Below, in pieces: positions 43,500-51,591 of a DNA stretch of 53,503 bases. The notes below the pieces were generated by a model. The model was not told the DNA's origin, ran no database searches, and saw only the letters and a program-made list of their open reading frames with translations. The stretch comes from a virus (taxonomy: Duplodnaviria > Caudoviricetes): positions 1-53,503 of the IMG/VR virus record IMGVR_UViG_3300032373_000014; one strand, 5' to 3'. A program made the position numbers and the translations under genes. Position 1 is the stretch's first letter. Each line of letters opens with the position of its first letter.

Positions 43500-45782
43500 A
43501 TGAACGTCACACCAATAACAACAATCCGCGAAATCCGACACGGCCACCTGTTCTGCGGTCTCGGTGGCGGCGCTCGTGGCTTCAACCGAGCCGCCCCGCG
43601 CGTCGGCAACATGCAAGCCAAGTTCGTTTGTGCAGGCGGCATCGATAGCGACCCTGGTGCAATCCGTAATTTCGAGCGAATGGCAGGCACGAAGGGTACG
43701 CTCATGGACCTATTCGACCGCCAGCAATACATAGATTTTCACGGCCAAGAACCGGGGAACGACTGGCGCGAGGCAATACCTGCGGACATTCACAAAGTCT
43801 TCGGCCCTGCCCTCGACATTGTGTTCCTTTCAGCGCCGTGTAAGGGCTTTTCCGGCCTCCTATCCTCGACAAAATCGAAAACCGACAAGTACCAGGCGCT
43901 GAACCGTCTAACTCTTCGTGGCGTTTGGTTGATGCTCGAAGCCTACAAAAACGAACCGATCCCGGTCGTACTCTTCGAGAATGTTCCACGAATTTTGACG
44001 CGCGGTAAATGGCTGCTTGACCAAATTTCAGCGCTATTTCGCTCCTACGGCTACAGCGTGAACCTAGACACGCACGACTGCGGCGTTATCGGCAACCTCG
44101 CACAAAGCCGCAAGCGCGCACTACTGATCGCTCGCCACATAGAGAAGGTTCCTCCTTTCATCTACCAGCCTCGCGAGCACAAGCTGCGCGGTGTGGGCGA
44201 GGTGATCGGCAAGCTACCGCTCCCCGGAGACCCGATTGCTGGCTCCATGCACCGCGTGCCGTCGCTTCAATGGAAAACGTGGTTGCGTCTTGCCCTAGTG
44301 CCGGCAGGTAAGGACTGGCGTGCTCTCAATGACCTTACCGTTGTCGACGGAAACTTGCGCGACTACGGTATCGTGCCAGAGGTGCCTTTGCGCGAGAACG
44401 CGCTCGGCGTGAATGACTGGTCCGACACCGCCCCTGTCATCACCACGCACCGCGCGCCCGGGCAAGGCCGGTTTTCAGTTGCCGACCCTCGATACGCTTC
44501 AACCTTTGAAGGAGCTGGCCCCTACGGAGTGGAGGATTGGAAGGAACCCGCAAAAGCGATAAGGGGAGCCAACCGCCCCGGCAATGGCACCTTTAGCGTG
44601 GCGGACCCTCGTTACGGCGATCGTGACCGCGACAGCACGTTGGGTGTGAAAGAGTGGGACGCGCCAAGCGGTACTGTGCAGGCGAAGAGTGGGCCGACAA
44701 ATGGAGCCTTCTCGGTCGCAGATCCCCGCCCTCCTGAGAAAGCCAATCAGACCTATAAGCAATATGGTGTGAATAACTGGAAAGAGACGGCAGGCACTGT
44801 CTCAGGTCAATCCGGGCCTGGTGGTGGCGCTCATTCCATTGCCGACCCGCGTATTCCTGGCAAGCCGCGTTTCAATAACGTCTTTCGTATCGTGCCTTTC
44901 GACGGCACTTCACCTGCCATAGCTGGCCCCGGTGGTCCTGCTGGTGGTGTCGCCGTCGCTGATCCGCGCAATCACGGTCACGAGCAAACATCTAACAAGT
45001 ACAGAGTGACCCCGTTTGATGGCGTTAGCCGAACCGTTTTAGGTGCCAGCACCACGGGCGACGGTGCTTTTGCCGTAGCGGACCCTAGACCTAATTGGGG
45101 CAATCAGCGGCACTCAAACATTTTGCGCGTCACCAAATATGACGAAGCGGCCGGCACAATTGCCGCCAATGCCCACGGCGTGACGGGCGGGAAACCTTGT
45201 GTTGCCGATGCTCGGCGCGAGAATTACCAAACTGGCGGGCATTATGGCGTCGTTGATTGGGACCAAAACGCCTATGCGGTCAGCGGTTCCGCTTGCCACG
45301 ATAACGGGTTTAATTCTGTAGCCGACCCCCGCGATGCTATTCTGGAAGCCGACCAAATTGCGACGCCAGCGCCAAAAGATCGCCTTATATGCCGCATCAT
45401 TGCAACTGACGACACATGGCACCGCCCTTTTACGACATTAGACCTAGCCGCGCTGCAGTCCCTTTTCGAGCCCGAAGAAGTCTTTTTCCAAGAGGAAACC
45501 GAGCTGGGGAATATCTGGCGCTGCCATGCCCCATTCGACCTAGAAGCAAGCAGCGACGTGACGAAGCGCGAATGGATTGGCAACATGGTCCCGGGCGCCG
45601 CCGCCACTGGTATTGCCGACACGATAGGCGAAACCATCCTCCTTGCCGAACAGGGCGAGTCCTTCTTTCTCAGCATGCGCGAAATCTGGGCCAAGCCGGG
45701 CGCTCTTGCCTTATCCGTCGACAACGATCAGCTGGCATTTCGTATTGATAGTAACGAAGCGATCTCGGAGGACGCAGCATGA
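43500..45782 (+). CDS. DNA cytosine-5 methyltransferase with internal tandem repeats
   Basis: HLFCGLGG, APCKGFS, FENVP, Q.RKR and WIGN motifs; eight ADPR-type repeats. Confidence 0.9.
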   Translation: MNVTPITTIREIRHGHLFCGLGGGARGFNRAAPRVGNMQAKFVCAGGIDSDPGAIRNFERMAGTKGTLMDLFDRQQYIDFHGQEPGNDWREAIPADIHKVFGPALDIVFLSAPCKGFSGLLSSTKSKTDKYQALNRLTLRGVWLMLEAYKNEPIPVVLFENVPRILTRGKWLLDQISALFRSYGYSVNLDTHDCGVIGNLAQSRKRALLIARHIEKVPPFIYQPREHKLRGVGEVIGKLPLPGDPIAGSMHRVPSLQWKTWLRLALVPAGKDWRALNDLTVVDGNLRDYGIVPEVPLRENALGVNDWSDTAPVITTHRAPGQGRFSVADPRYASTFEGAGPYGVEDWKEPAKAIRGANRPGNGTFSVADPRYGDRDRDSTLGVKEWDAPSGTVQAKSGPTNGAFSVADPRPPEKANQTYKQYGVNNWKETAGTVSGQSGPGGGAHSIADPRIPGKPRFNNVFRIVPFDGTSPAIAGPGGPAGGVAVADPRNHGHEQTSNKYRVTPFDGVSRTVLGASTTGDGAFAVADPRPNWGNQRHSNILRVTKYDEAAGTIAANAHGVTGGKPCVADARRENYQTGGHYGVVDWDQNAYAVSGSACHDNGFNSVADPRDAILEADQIATPAPKDRLICRIIATDDTWHRPFTTLDLAALQSLFEPEEVFFQEETELGNIWRCHAPFDLEASSDVTKREWIGNMVPGAAATGIADTIGETILLAEQGESFFLSMREIWAKPGALALSVDNDQLAFRIDSNEAISEDAA

Positions 45783-45793
45783 CCAGATCGTCA

Positions 45794-46000
45794 TCAGTTG
45801 GCAGCCGCGATCCGGCGAAGCCTTACAATACCTCCGCCATGATGGCCGCCGTTCGGATAATCCTTTACCCATTTGCAGCCGGTACCGGGCTCGTCATAAA
45901 ACTGCGTCCATCCATCAGACGTGGACGAAGTGTGCTCAAGGCTCGACTTTACAAAATCAATGGCATCGCGCCCTTCGAGAAGCTTGTCATATTCAACCAT
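45794..46000 (-). CDS. Imm27-like orphan immunity protein
   Basis: GW...Y..P..G..W...YP....HGGG...L motif. Confidence 0.65.
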   Translation of the reverse strand: MVEYDKLLEGRDAIDFVKSSLEHTSSTSDGWTQFYDEPGTGCKWVKDYPNGGHHGGGIVRLRRIAAAN

Positions 46001-46015
46001 TTGTCAAAGCCTTCG

Positions 46016-46372
46016 TCATCTGTTGTCAGGCTTGCCCTTGAACCAATCGATCAATGTCTTGAAAAACGGCGTGCCAGTTTTTGGGCTGTAGGTTTTGCGG
46101 CCTTCAGCAGTATTATTAAGTTCCCACACACTTTGAATTTCGTTGGCATCAACGGCATCTATGATTTCTTGCAGCGTAGCCACAGAAACGCTGGCGTCAA
46201 AATATCGCAAACGAAAAACACCCTTGGCAGTGGTCTCATTGGAGCAGCCGACGCATTCGAGGTCGTGTTCTTCAGTGAAGATATCATCGAACCAGTCTTC
46301 GATTTCGTCATCGTCAAATCTGACGATGGTAAAACCGTCACGTTCCTCAACCCAGATATGCGTATCAACCAC
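46016..46372 (-). CDS. Acidic hypothetical protein
   Basis: 118 aa, GGGA RBS, cassette-like context. Confidence 0.75.
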   Translation of the reverse strand: MVDTHIWVEERDGFTIVRFDDDEIEDWFDDIFTEEHDLECVGCSNETTAKGVFRLRYFDASVSVATLQEIIDAVDANEIQSVWELNNTAEGRKTYSPKTGTPFFKTLIDWFKGKPDNR

Positions 46373-46390
46373 ATTTATCCCCGTTCGTCG

Positions 46391-46744
46391 TCAGTTGTCA
46401 TACCAAATATAATAAGACAGGCCTACGCTCAAGATAGTGAAGATCAGCGCGGCGATTGTGAGGCGAAGATTTCTCTTCCGGTCAAGGGCAGCCTTCCGTG
46501 CTCGCGCATACCCGGCATAAAGCGTGACAGTTCTACCAAATTCTTCTGGCTGAGAATGCCAGCCGTCTGGTGTATCAATCCGCTTACCTTCGGTAACGTG
46601 GAGCTGTATAAGAACTTCAACAGGTTTGCCCTCCAGGTGTTCACGCACAAGATCTCTATATTTGGTGTGGTAAGTGGACAAAAGCTCATCCCATTCACTT
46701 TGGTGAAGTGGGGTGTTCCGGTACTTGTTTTTGCTAAACTGCAT
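46391..46744 (-). CDS. Hypothetical protein with C-terminal TM helix
   Basis: 117 aa; ends LTIAALIFTILSVGLSYYIW. Confidence 0.75.
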   Translation of the reverse strand: MQFSKNKYRNTPLHQSEWDELLSTYHTKYRDLVREHLEGKPVEVLIQLHVTEGKRIDTPDGWHSQPEEFGRTVTLYAGYARARKAALDRKRNLRLTIAALIFTILSVGLSYYIWYDN

Positions 46745-46762
46745 TACCTAGTGTCCCTGTCG

Positions 46763-47239
46763 TCAGTTGTTAGCCCAGCGCCTAAGCTGTGTAACATAAA
46801 GCCTTACCTCTGTGGCTTTTTCGTCCAGCATTTTGATAACCGGCCTAGCCGCATCTATGCCTGTAAAGTCGGGCACGTTAGGCTCGGAGCGTATTACCTC
46901 GTTCATCTGGTCAATATCAGCCTTAAATCTACGCACCGTTTGATGAAAACCGATGACAAATTCAGCTCCCGGCCCAAAAAGATGTATTTCATGGGTTATC
47001 GCGTCGATATAGGTGGCGTCAGGTTCAAAGCGGAAACCGATTCTGGTCAGCTTCTCCATATTTTCAAACTGTTCGGCCAGTGCGGATATTGCCAGAAGGT
47101 CCCTCTCAAGGGCATCAGCCAGCAGGAGCGCCATTTGCTTTATCCGCTTTGCTTCGCTGTCTCTTTCGTGGCGTCTTCCAAGCCAAAACGTCAACCAGCA
47201 CGCCATTACCGCCACAGCAACTTGGATCAGCCACTCCAC
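46763..47239 (-). CDS. Hypothetical protein with N-terminal TM helix
   Basis: 158 aa; GTG start after AGGGGG. Confidence 0.75.
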   Translation of the reverse strand: MEWLIQVAVAVMACWLTFWLGRRHERDSEAKRIKQMALLLADALERDLLAISALAEQFENMEKLTRIGFRFEPDATYIDAITHEIHLFGPGAEFVIGFHQTVRRFKADIDQMNEVIRSEPNVPDFTGIDAARPVIKMLDEKATEVRLYVTQLRRWANN

Positions 47240-47422
47240 GATCTATCCCCCTATGCGTTTTATAGCCTTGGTCTGCGCGTCACTGCGCGAGCGGCATATC
47301 AACAAAACCCATCTTCGCAGAGGTTTCGTGGAGGGTCAAATTCTGGAAGTTGTCACCCTTTGTTGACAGCCAGCAAAGCAGCCTTCGATTGGGGGTCGAG
47401 TAGATTGGCCGCCCTGCTGACC
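47240..47422 (-). ncRNA. Candidate structured RNA leader of the antisense block
   Basis: 16-bp stem 47422-47407/47383-47368 with five G:U pairs; ~10-bp stem 47367-47358/47307-47298; GNRA-type loops. Confidence 0.5.
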
Positions 47423-47428
47423 GCACGC

Positions 47429-47457
47429 AGTCTGAACCCACTTCATGATTTAGTCAA
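47429..47457 (-). promoter_or_regulatory. Sigma70-type promoter for the antisense block
   Basis: TTGACT, 17-bp spacer, CAGACT; predicted +1 coincides with the start of the first stem. Confidence 0.6.
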
Positions 47458-47477
47458 ACAACAGCGGAGGCTCTGCC

Positions 47478-47840
47478 ATGCCTAAACGAGTACAGCGGAA
47501 ACGCACCAGGGGCTACAAGCTGCCAGTTGGCGCTGTCTACGTAGGAAGGCCCAGCAAGTGGGGCAACCCGTTTAAAGCGGAAAAGGGCAAGGCTTGTGGG
47601 TGCCGCTCGGCTGGTGAATGCACGCACGGCGGCATGACAGCGCAGGAAGCTGTGGATTTGTACCGTGAAATTTCCCTGCCTGCCAAAATTAAAATACGGG
47701 GCCACGACATCGAAGAATTAAGAGGCAAAGACCTTGCCTGTTGGTGTCCACTGGATCAGCCCTGCCATGCAGATGTGCTGCTTGTGGCTGCCAACTTCAC
47801 CTCACCCCCCACCTCAACAGGAGGCTCAGATGCAGAGTGA
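47478..47840 (+). CDS. DUF4326 family protein
   Basis: P.RVQR.R..G...P.GAVYVGRPSKWGNPF, LRGKDLACWCP...PCHADVL. Confidence 0.9.
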   Translation: MPKRVQRKRTRGYKLPVGAVYVGRPSKWGNPFKAEKGKACGCRSAGECTHGGMTAQEAVDLYREISLPAKIKIRGHDIEELRGKDLACWCPLDQPCHADVLLVAANFTSPPTSTGGSDAE

Positions 47841-48210
47841 AGAATTAGCGCGGACCATTGATACCATCATCAGTGTGGTCGTCATTCCAAGTGAAAACCA
47901 AGGCGTGGCCGAAGAAGCACTTGGCACCTTTTTGAGCCAGTTACGGGCCAACCGACTTGATATTGTCCCGATGGCGGAACCACCCATTGAATGCTTCGCC
48001 TGTGACGGTGACGGCCAGCATTATACCTTGGGCGATGATTACGCCGATTGTGACCTTTGCAAAGGCACAGGTGAGACAACCCAAAAGGCCACCGACGAAT
48101 GGTGCCGGGTGCCTGAAGGAACCACACTCAGCGAGCCTATTGAGGGTATTGACCCGCTGATTGGTGAAGCTGACGAAAGACGCCCTTCAACAGGACAGGA
48201 GAAAATCTAA
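47830..48210 (+). CDS. Hypothetical protein with DnaJ-type CxxCxGxG zinc motifs
   Basis: CFACDGDG and CDLCKGTG; AGGAGG RBS. Confidence 0.7.
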   Translation: MQSEELARTIDTIISVVVIPSENQGVAEEALGTFLSQLRANRLDIVPMAEPPIECFACDGDGQHYTLGDDYADCDLCKGTGETTQKATDEWCRVPEGTTLSEPIEGIDPLIGEADERRPSTGQEKI

Positions 48211-48557
48211 TGCTTCCATGGCCCAAAATGACCTCAGAGCAGAAGGCGGAAGCAGCCCGGAAGGATGACATTTGTGACCAGCTTGTTCCATCAGATATTC
48301 GATCAATGTTGTCTGAAACCAGAAAGCTCAGAGAAGCGTTGCTCAACATCATCGAAGCGGTGGTGCTTGATCACCCGCTTAATGGTGACGAGATTGATGA
48401 TGATCTATTTTCTGACGTTAAAGATTGGCATGGCGAACCGTTTGCTAAGCTTATTTATGACGCTTGGCTGTTAGTTAGGCCATCATTCCAAAACAAGACG
48501 CTGGTTGATGTTCTCAATGAGAGAGCCAACAAATCCCATGAAGGTAGCAGCCCATGA
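48210..48557 (+). CDS. Hypothetical protein
   Basis: AGGAG RBS, TAATG overlap. Confidence 0.7.
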   Translation: MLPWPKMTSEQKAEAARKDDICDQLVPSDIRSMLSETRKLREALLNIIEAVVLDHPLNGDEIDDDLFSDVKDWHGEPFAKLIYDAWLLVRPSFQNKTLVDVLNERANKSHEGSSP

Positions 48558-48934
48558 GTTCAACCCCTGCATTCCTTAAAGATGGCATGTACTTGCCGCC
48601 TGCTATTCGCGACTTTCATGACTGCAAAGACGCGTTCAAGGCAATGATACCAATGCTTGAGAATTATAAGAAGCAGCCACATGCCCGCAACCTTCCCGAC
48701 GTTAGCTGGGTAGATGCACAGTGCCTGACCATTGATGTGGTCTTGTGGTTCTTCGCAATGCATGGGTACACGCTCCAGCGGATACCAAAAAAGAGGCGTG
48801 AAGCGCTCGGCTGTATCGAGCTTGAAAAGAGCATTGATGAAGATCGCGAAATGCGGCTTTCCATTATGGGCGCGGTCATCTTTGGAAACAGTGACAAGAG
48901 TCGCCCAAATCCCAACAACGGAGAGAAATCATGA
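48554..48934 (+). CDS. Conserved phage protein
   Basis: YLP...RDFHD.KD.FK and W..A.HGYTLQR motifs. Confidence 0.75.
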   Translation: MSSTPAFLKDGMYLPPAIRDFHDCKDAFKAMIPMLENYKKQPHARNLPDVSWVDAQCLTIDVVLWFFAMHGYTLQRIPKKRREALGCIELEKSIDEDREMRLSIMGAVIFGNSDKSRPNPNNGEKS

Positions 48935-49332
48935 GCACAGCAAAGGTTGTTACCATTTGCGGTTCATCGCGCTTTATTGAGTTTGTGGCTGTGACTGCGT
49001 GGCTTTTAGAGCGCGATGAAGGTGCCATTACCATGAGTATGCACCTGCTGCCCAACTGGTACCCAGATTGCAAATCAGACCACATGGCGGAGCATGAAGG
49101 TGTTGCCGTTGATATGGATGCCCTGCACCTCAAAAAAATAGAAATGTCAGACGAGATTTTCGTCGTTGATTATAGCGAATATGTGGGCCGCAGCACTGCC
49201 AACGAAATCGCGTATGCGGGCGAGCTTGGTAAGCCGGTTCGGTATTTCAGCCAAGACCCACTTGGCGCGAAAATATTAACCATGCTGCCAGATGGCATCA
49301 AACGCCCTTCAACCAACGGGAGCGAAAAATGA
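48931..49332 (+). CDS. Nucleoside-deoxyribosyltransferase-like (DUF4406-like) protein
   Basis: VVTICGS.RF, H..KI.MSDEIFV....YVG.ST..EI.YA...GKPV. Confidence 0.65.
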   Translation: MSTAKVVTICGSSRFIEFVAVTAWLLERDEGAITMSMHLLPNWYPDCKSDHMAEHEGVAVDMDALHLKKIEMSDEIFVVDYSEYVGRSTANEIAYAGELGKPVRYFSQDPLGAKILTMLPDGIKRPSTNGSEK

Positions 49333-49571
49333 AAAACAAACTCGGCGATCTAAATAACCACCTGTTTGCTCAAATCGAGCGCCTATCGGACGAAGACCTA
49401 AGTGTGGAGGAAATCAAAAAGGAAGTCACCCGCGCCAGCGCTGTCGTTGGCGTTGCGGACACGATAATTAGAAATGCTGACGTGCAAATCAAAGGCCTAG
49501 CGCTAATGGTTAAAGATGGCAGACCCTTTGTTGAAGGCATGTTGCCAATGATCGAGGGGCCTAAAAAATGA
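49329..49571 (+). CDS. Conserved phage protein
   Basis: MKNKL.DLNNHLFAQ.ERL.DE motif, typically found before HNH genes. Confidence 0.8.
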   Translation: MKNKLGDLNNHLFAQIERLSDEDLSVEEIKKEVTRASAVVGVADTIIRNADVQIKGLALMVKDGRPFVEGMLPMIEGPKK

Positions 49572-50224
49572 AGGGTCACAAGATCAACTGGAAACCGGAT
49601 GAGTTATCCTGGATCGAGGCACACCGCGATATGGAGCGCCCAGCCGCCCACAAGTTGTTTTGCGAAACCTTCAATCGCAGTGACATTGCTTTGGGCGCAT
49701 ACGCTTCTCTATGCAAGCGCAAGGGCTGGCTAACAGGTAGAACCGGTCAGTATGGCAAAGGGCACGATCCAGCAAACAAAGGCAAGAAGATGCCATTCAA
49801 TGCCAACAGCGCCAAAACGCAGTTCAAGAAGGGGCACCTTGGCGGAAAAGCAAAGGATAAATACAAACCAATTGGAACCGAACGGCTCAGCAAAGATGGC
49901 TATTTAGAGCGCAAAATACATGACGGGCTGCCACGGCAGTCTCGATGGCGCGCCGTCCATCTGGTACGCTGGGAAGAGGATAATGGCCCCATTCCAAAGG
50001 GACACTGCCTTAAATGTATGGATGGCAATAAGTCGAACACTGACCCCTCAAACTGGACTTGTATATCTCGCGCTCTTTTGCCGAGGCTTGCTGGCCGATG
50101 GTCAACTCCCTACGACAGCGCGCCGGCTGAAATAAAGCCAACAATTCTAGCCGTCGCAGAACTCGCACACGCGGCCAAGTCAGCAACTGACGAAAGACGC
50201 CAATCAGTTGGAGGTACCAAATGA
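49568..50224 (+). CDS. HNH endonuclease
   Basis: FKKG, PIGTER..KDGY, H...WE...GPIP.G......DGNK.N....N. Confidence 0.85.
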   Translation: MKGHKINWKPDELSWIEAHRDMERPAAHKLFCETFNRSDIALGAYASLCKRKGWLTGRTGQYGKGHDPANKGKKMPFNANSAKTQFKKGHLGGKAKDKYKPIGTERLSKDGYLERKIHDGLPRQSRWRAVHLVRWEEDNGPIPKGHCLKCMDGNKSNTDPSNWTCISRALLPRLAGRWSTPYDSAPAEIKPTILAVAELAHAAKSATDERRQSVGGTK

Positions 50225-50394
50225 TACTTACAATCGCGTTGTCCGACCAGACCGCAGAGCATGTGAAGGCTATTTCTGAGAATATCCAAGAGCCGCCAGA
50301 GGAAACAGCTACCAAGCTGCTTGAGCAAGGCCTTGTGCATCTGCTGTTTTGTGCTGACGAAAGACGCCAATCACCTGACCAGGAGAAAACCTGA
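50221..50394 (+). CDS. 57-aa hypothetical protein (not in the ORF track)
   Basis: Hand-translated MILTIALSDQTAEHVKAISENIQEPPEETATKLLEQGLVHLLFCADERRQSPDQEKT; GGAGG RBS; bracketed by the 20-bp repeat. Confidence 0.65.
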   Translation: MILTIALSDQTAEHVKAISENIQEPPEETATKLLEQGLVHLLFCADERRQSPDQEKT

Positions 50395-50891
50395 TGCTTG
50401 ATTTCCCTATTTATGATGACATTGACAGCCCGCTCGGAGGTCTCATGTTTCTTGGTCACGACGTAGACCCGAAGGCTGACGATGTGCGCGGCCAGATCAT
50501 CCAATCAATCACCGATGCCGCGAGCATGGCGTGGGTATTTGAAGCGAGGCCTGATGAATGTGGGGCTGTTGTCGCTCAGATTTTGGCGCTTATGGAGGCC
50601 CGTAACGATCATTGCCGGCACAAGATTTTGCGCTGTGATGATGACGGCAATGACTTGCCTGACGTTCACTTTGGGCTAACCGGAGATATTCCTGATGAAC
50701 ATGACGGAAATGAAGAGAATTGCAGCTACGACTTTTGCTCGGCAACAAATGAATTTGCCCAAGCTGTCACGGTCTTTGATTGGAGTGGTGATGTAGCCGA
50801 TGAGGCCAACGCAATCCATAACAATCTCTGGTCTGAGGAAGTGGCAAAAAAGCTCGGCAACAAGGGCCAGGAAGGTAACAGCGATGCCTAA
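50394..50891 (+). CDS. Acidic hypothetical protein
   Basis: AGGAG RBS, TGATG overlap. Confidence 0.7.
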   Translation: MLDFPIYDDIDSPLGGLMFLGHDVDPKADDVRGQIIQSITDAASMAWVFEARPDECGAVVAQILALMEARNDHCRHKILRCDDDGNDLPDVHFGLTGDIPDEHDGNEENCSYDFCSATNEFAQAVTVFDWSGDVADEANAIHNNLWSEEVAKKLGNKGQEGNSDA

Positions 50892-51090
50892 ATATGTGAT
50901 CGATGTGAAGTGCGAAGCACACAAAACGGTACTGGTTGAAGCGTCTTCAAAAAGCGAGGCGCGCAAGATCGCCGTCACTCCTTTTGCCAACATTGAAACA
51001 ACCGCTTGGGGTGTGGGTTTGCCAATCTCATGTGGCCCTGCTTACGAACAGGCCAACACATCCCAATCAGTTGGCGGCCCGGATGACTGA
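50884..51090 (+). CDS. Hypothetical protein
   Basis: MPKYVIDV.....V.VEA.S..EA motif. Confidence 0.65.
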   Translation: MPKYVIDVKCEAHKTVLVEASSKSEARKIAVTPFANIETTAWGVGLPISCGPAYEQANTSQSVGGPDD

Positions 51091-51301
51091 GCCGCCAAAA
51101 ACCACATGTGGCTTCTGCGGAAAATCCTTCGTATCGAACCACAAAGGCAAACAAGCTCCGAGACGGTATTGCACGGACCCATGCCGGATAAACAAGCACA
51201 AAGTAGCCAGCCATATAGGGGAGAGGGTCGTCGAATCCATGCCTGCAGCCGCACGGATGGCGTATGTAGCAGAACTTCCTAAATTGACGGGAGCGAATTA
51301 A
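51083..51301 (+). CDS. Small zinc-finger protein
   Basis: CGFCGKSF.......RRYCTDPCR. Confidence 0.65.
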   Translation: MTEPPKTTCGFCGKSFVSNHKGKQAPRRYCTDPCRINKHKVASHIGERVVESMPAAARMAYVAELPKLTGAN

Positions 51302-51591
51302 TGCCTGATATTCACCAACTGACCAGAAAGCTGACACGCGCAATCCAACGCGGCAAGGGAACACGGATGACACCCGATGACCTTGAAATATTGGCCCAAG
51401 AAGGCTGTCTGGAGTTGCTGTTCAAACGCCAAGCGGAAGAACTTAAATGTCGGAGCACGAGTACCAAGTCGGAAAATACTGGCTCGCAAGAGACAAAGAA
51501 GGTGGTCCCTATAAGATCAACTGGTACGACGAAGGAAAGAGAAAGGTCAGGCGAAAGACTACTGGCTCAAAAGACCTTCAGCGGGCAATAG
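51301..51591 (+). CDS. Small protein overlapping the int start (candidate excisionase)
   Basis: GGGAG RBS, TAATG overlap; position immediately before the integrase. Confidence 0.5.
   Translation: MPDIHQLTRKLTRAIQRGKGTRMTPDDLEILAQEGCLELLFKRQAEELKCRSTSTKSENTGSQETKKVVPIRSTGTTKERERSGERLLAQKTFSGQ

Larger units (their letters stand above)
45788..46769 (+). repeat. Junction motif TCGTCRTCWGTTG at the 3' end of each antisense gene
   Basis: Copies at 45788, 46013, 46385 and (partial) 46759; spacings 225, 372 and 372 bp. Confidence 0.8.
45779..47485 (+). other. 568-codon open sense frame spanning the antisense cassette block (probably translated, not a folded protein)
   Basis: GGAGG RBS and ATGA overlap with the MTase stop; its stop lies just inside the start of gene 47478; in register with all four antisense genes. 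Confidence 0.55.
47814..51075 (+). repeat. Dispersed gene-junction repeats (CTGACGAAAGACGCC..TCA family)
   Basis: 20-bp exact repeat at 50187 and 50354; 39/47 match between 48169 and 50353; 12-bp matches 49302/48180 and 51063/50200; 9-bp match 47814/48187. Confidence 0.8.

Noticed and set aside
45779-47485. 568-aa ORF as a genuine folded protein
   Set aside because: No recognisable motifs and antisense-like composition; the minus-strand genes have RBSs and protein-like sequence. Kept only as a possibly translated spacer frame
45788-51075. CRISPR array or classical integron
   Set aside because: Repeats are degenerate and separated by whole genes; no cas genes; sites are too short for attC; the only recombinase is the att-adjacent phage integrase
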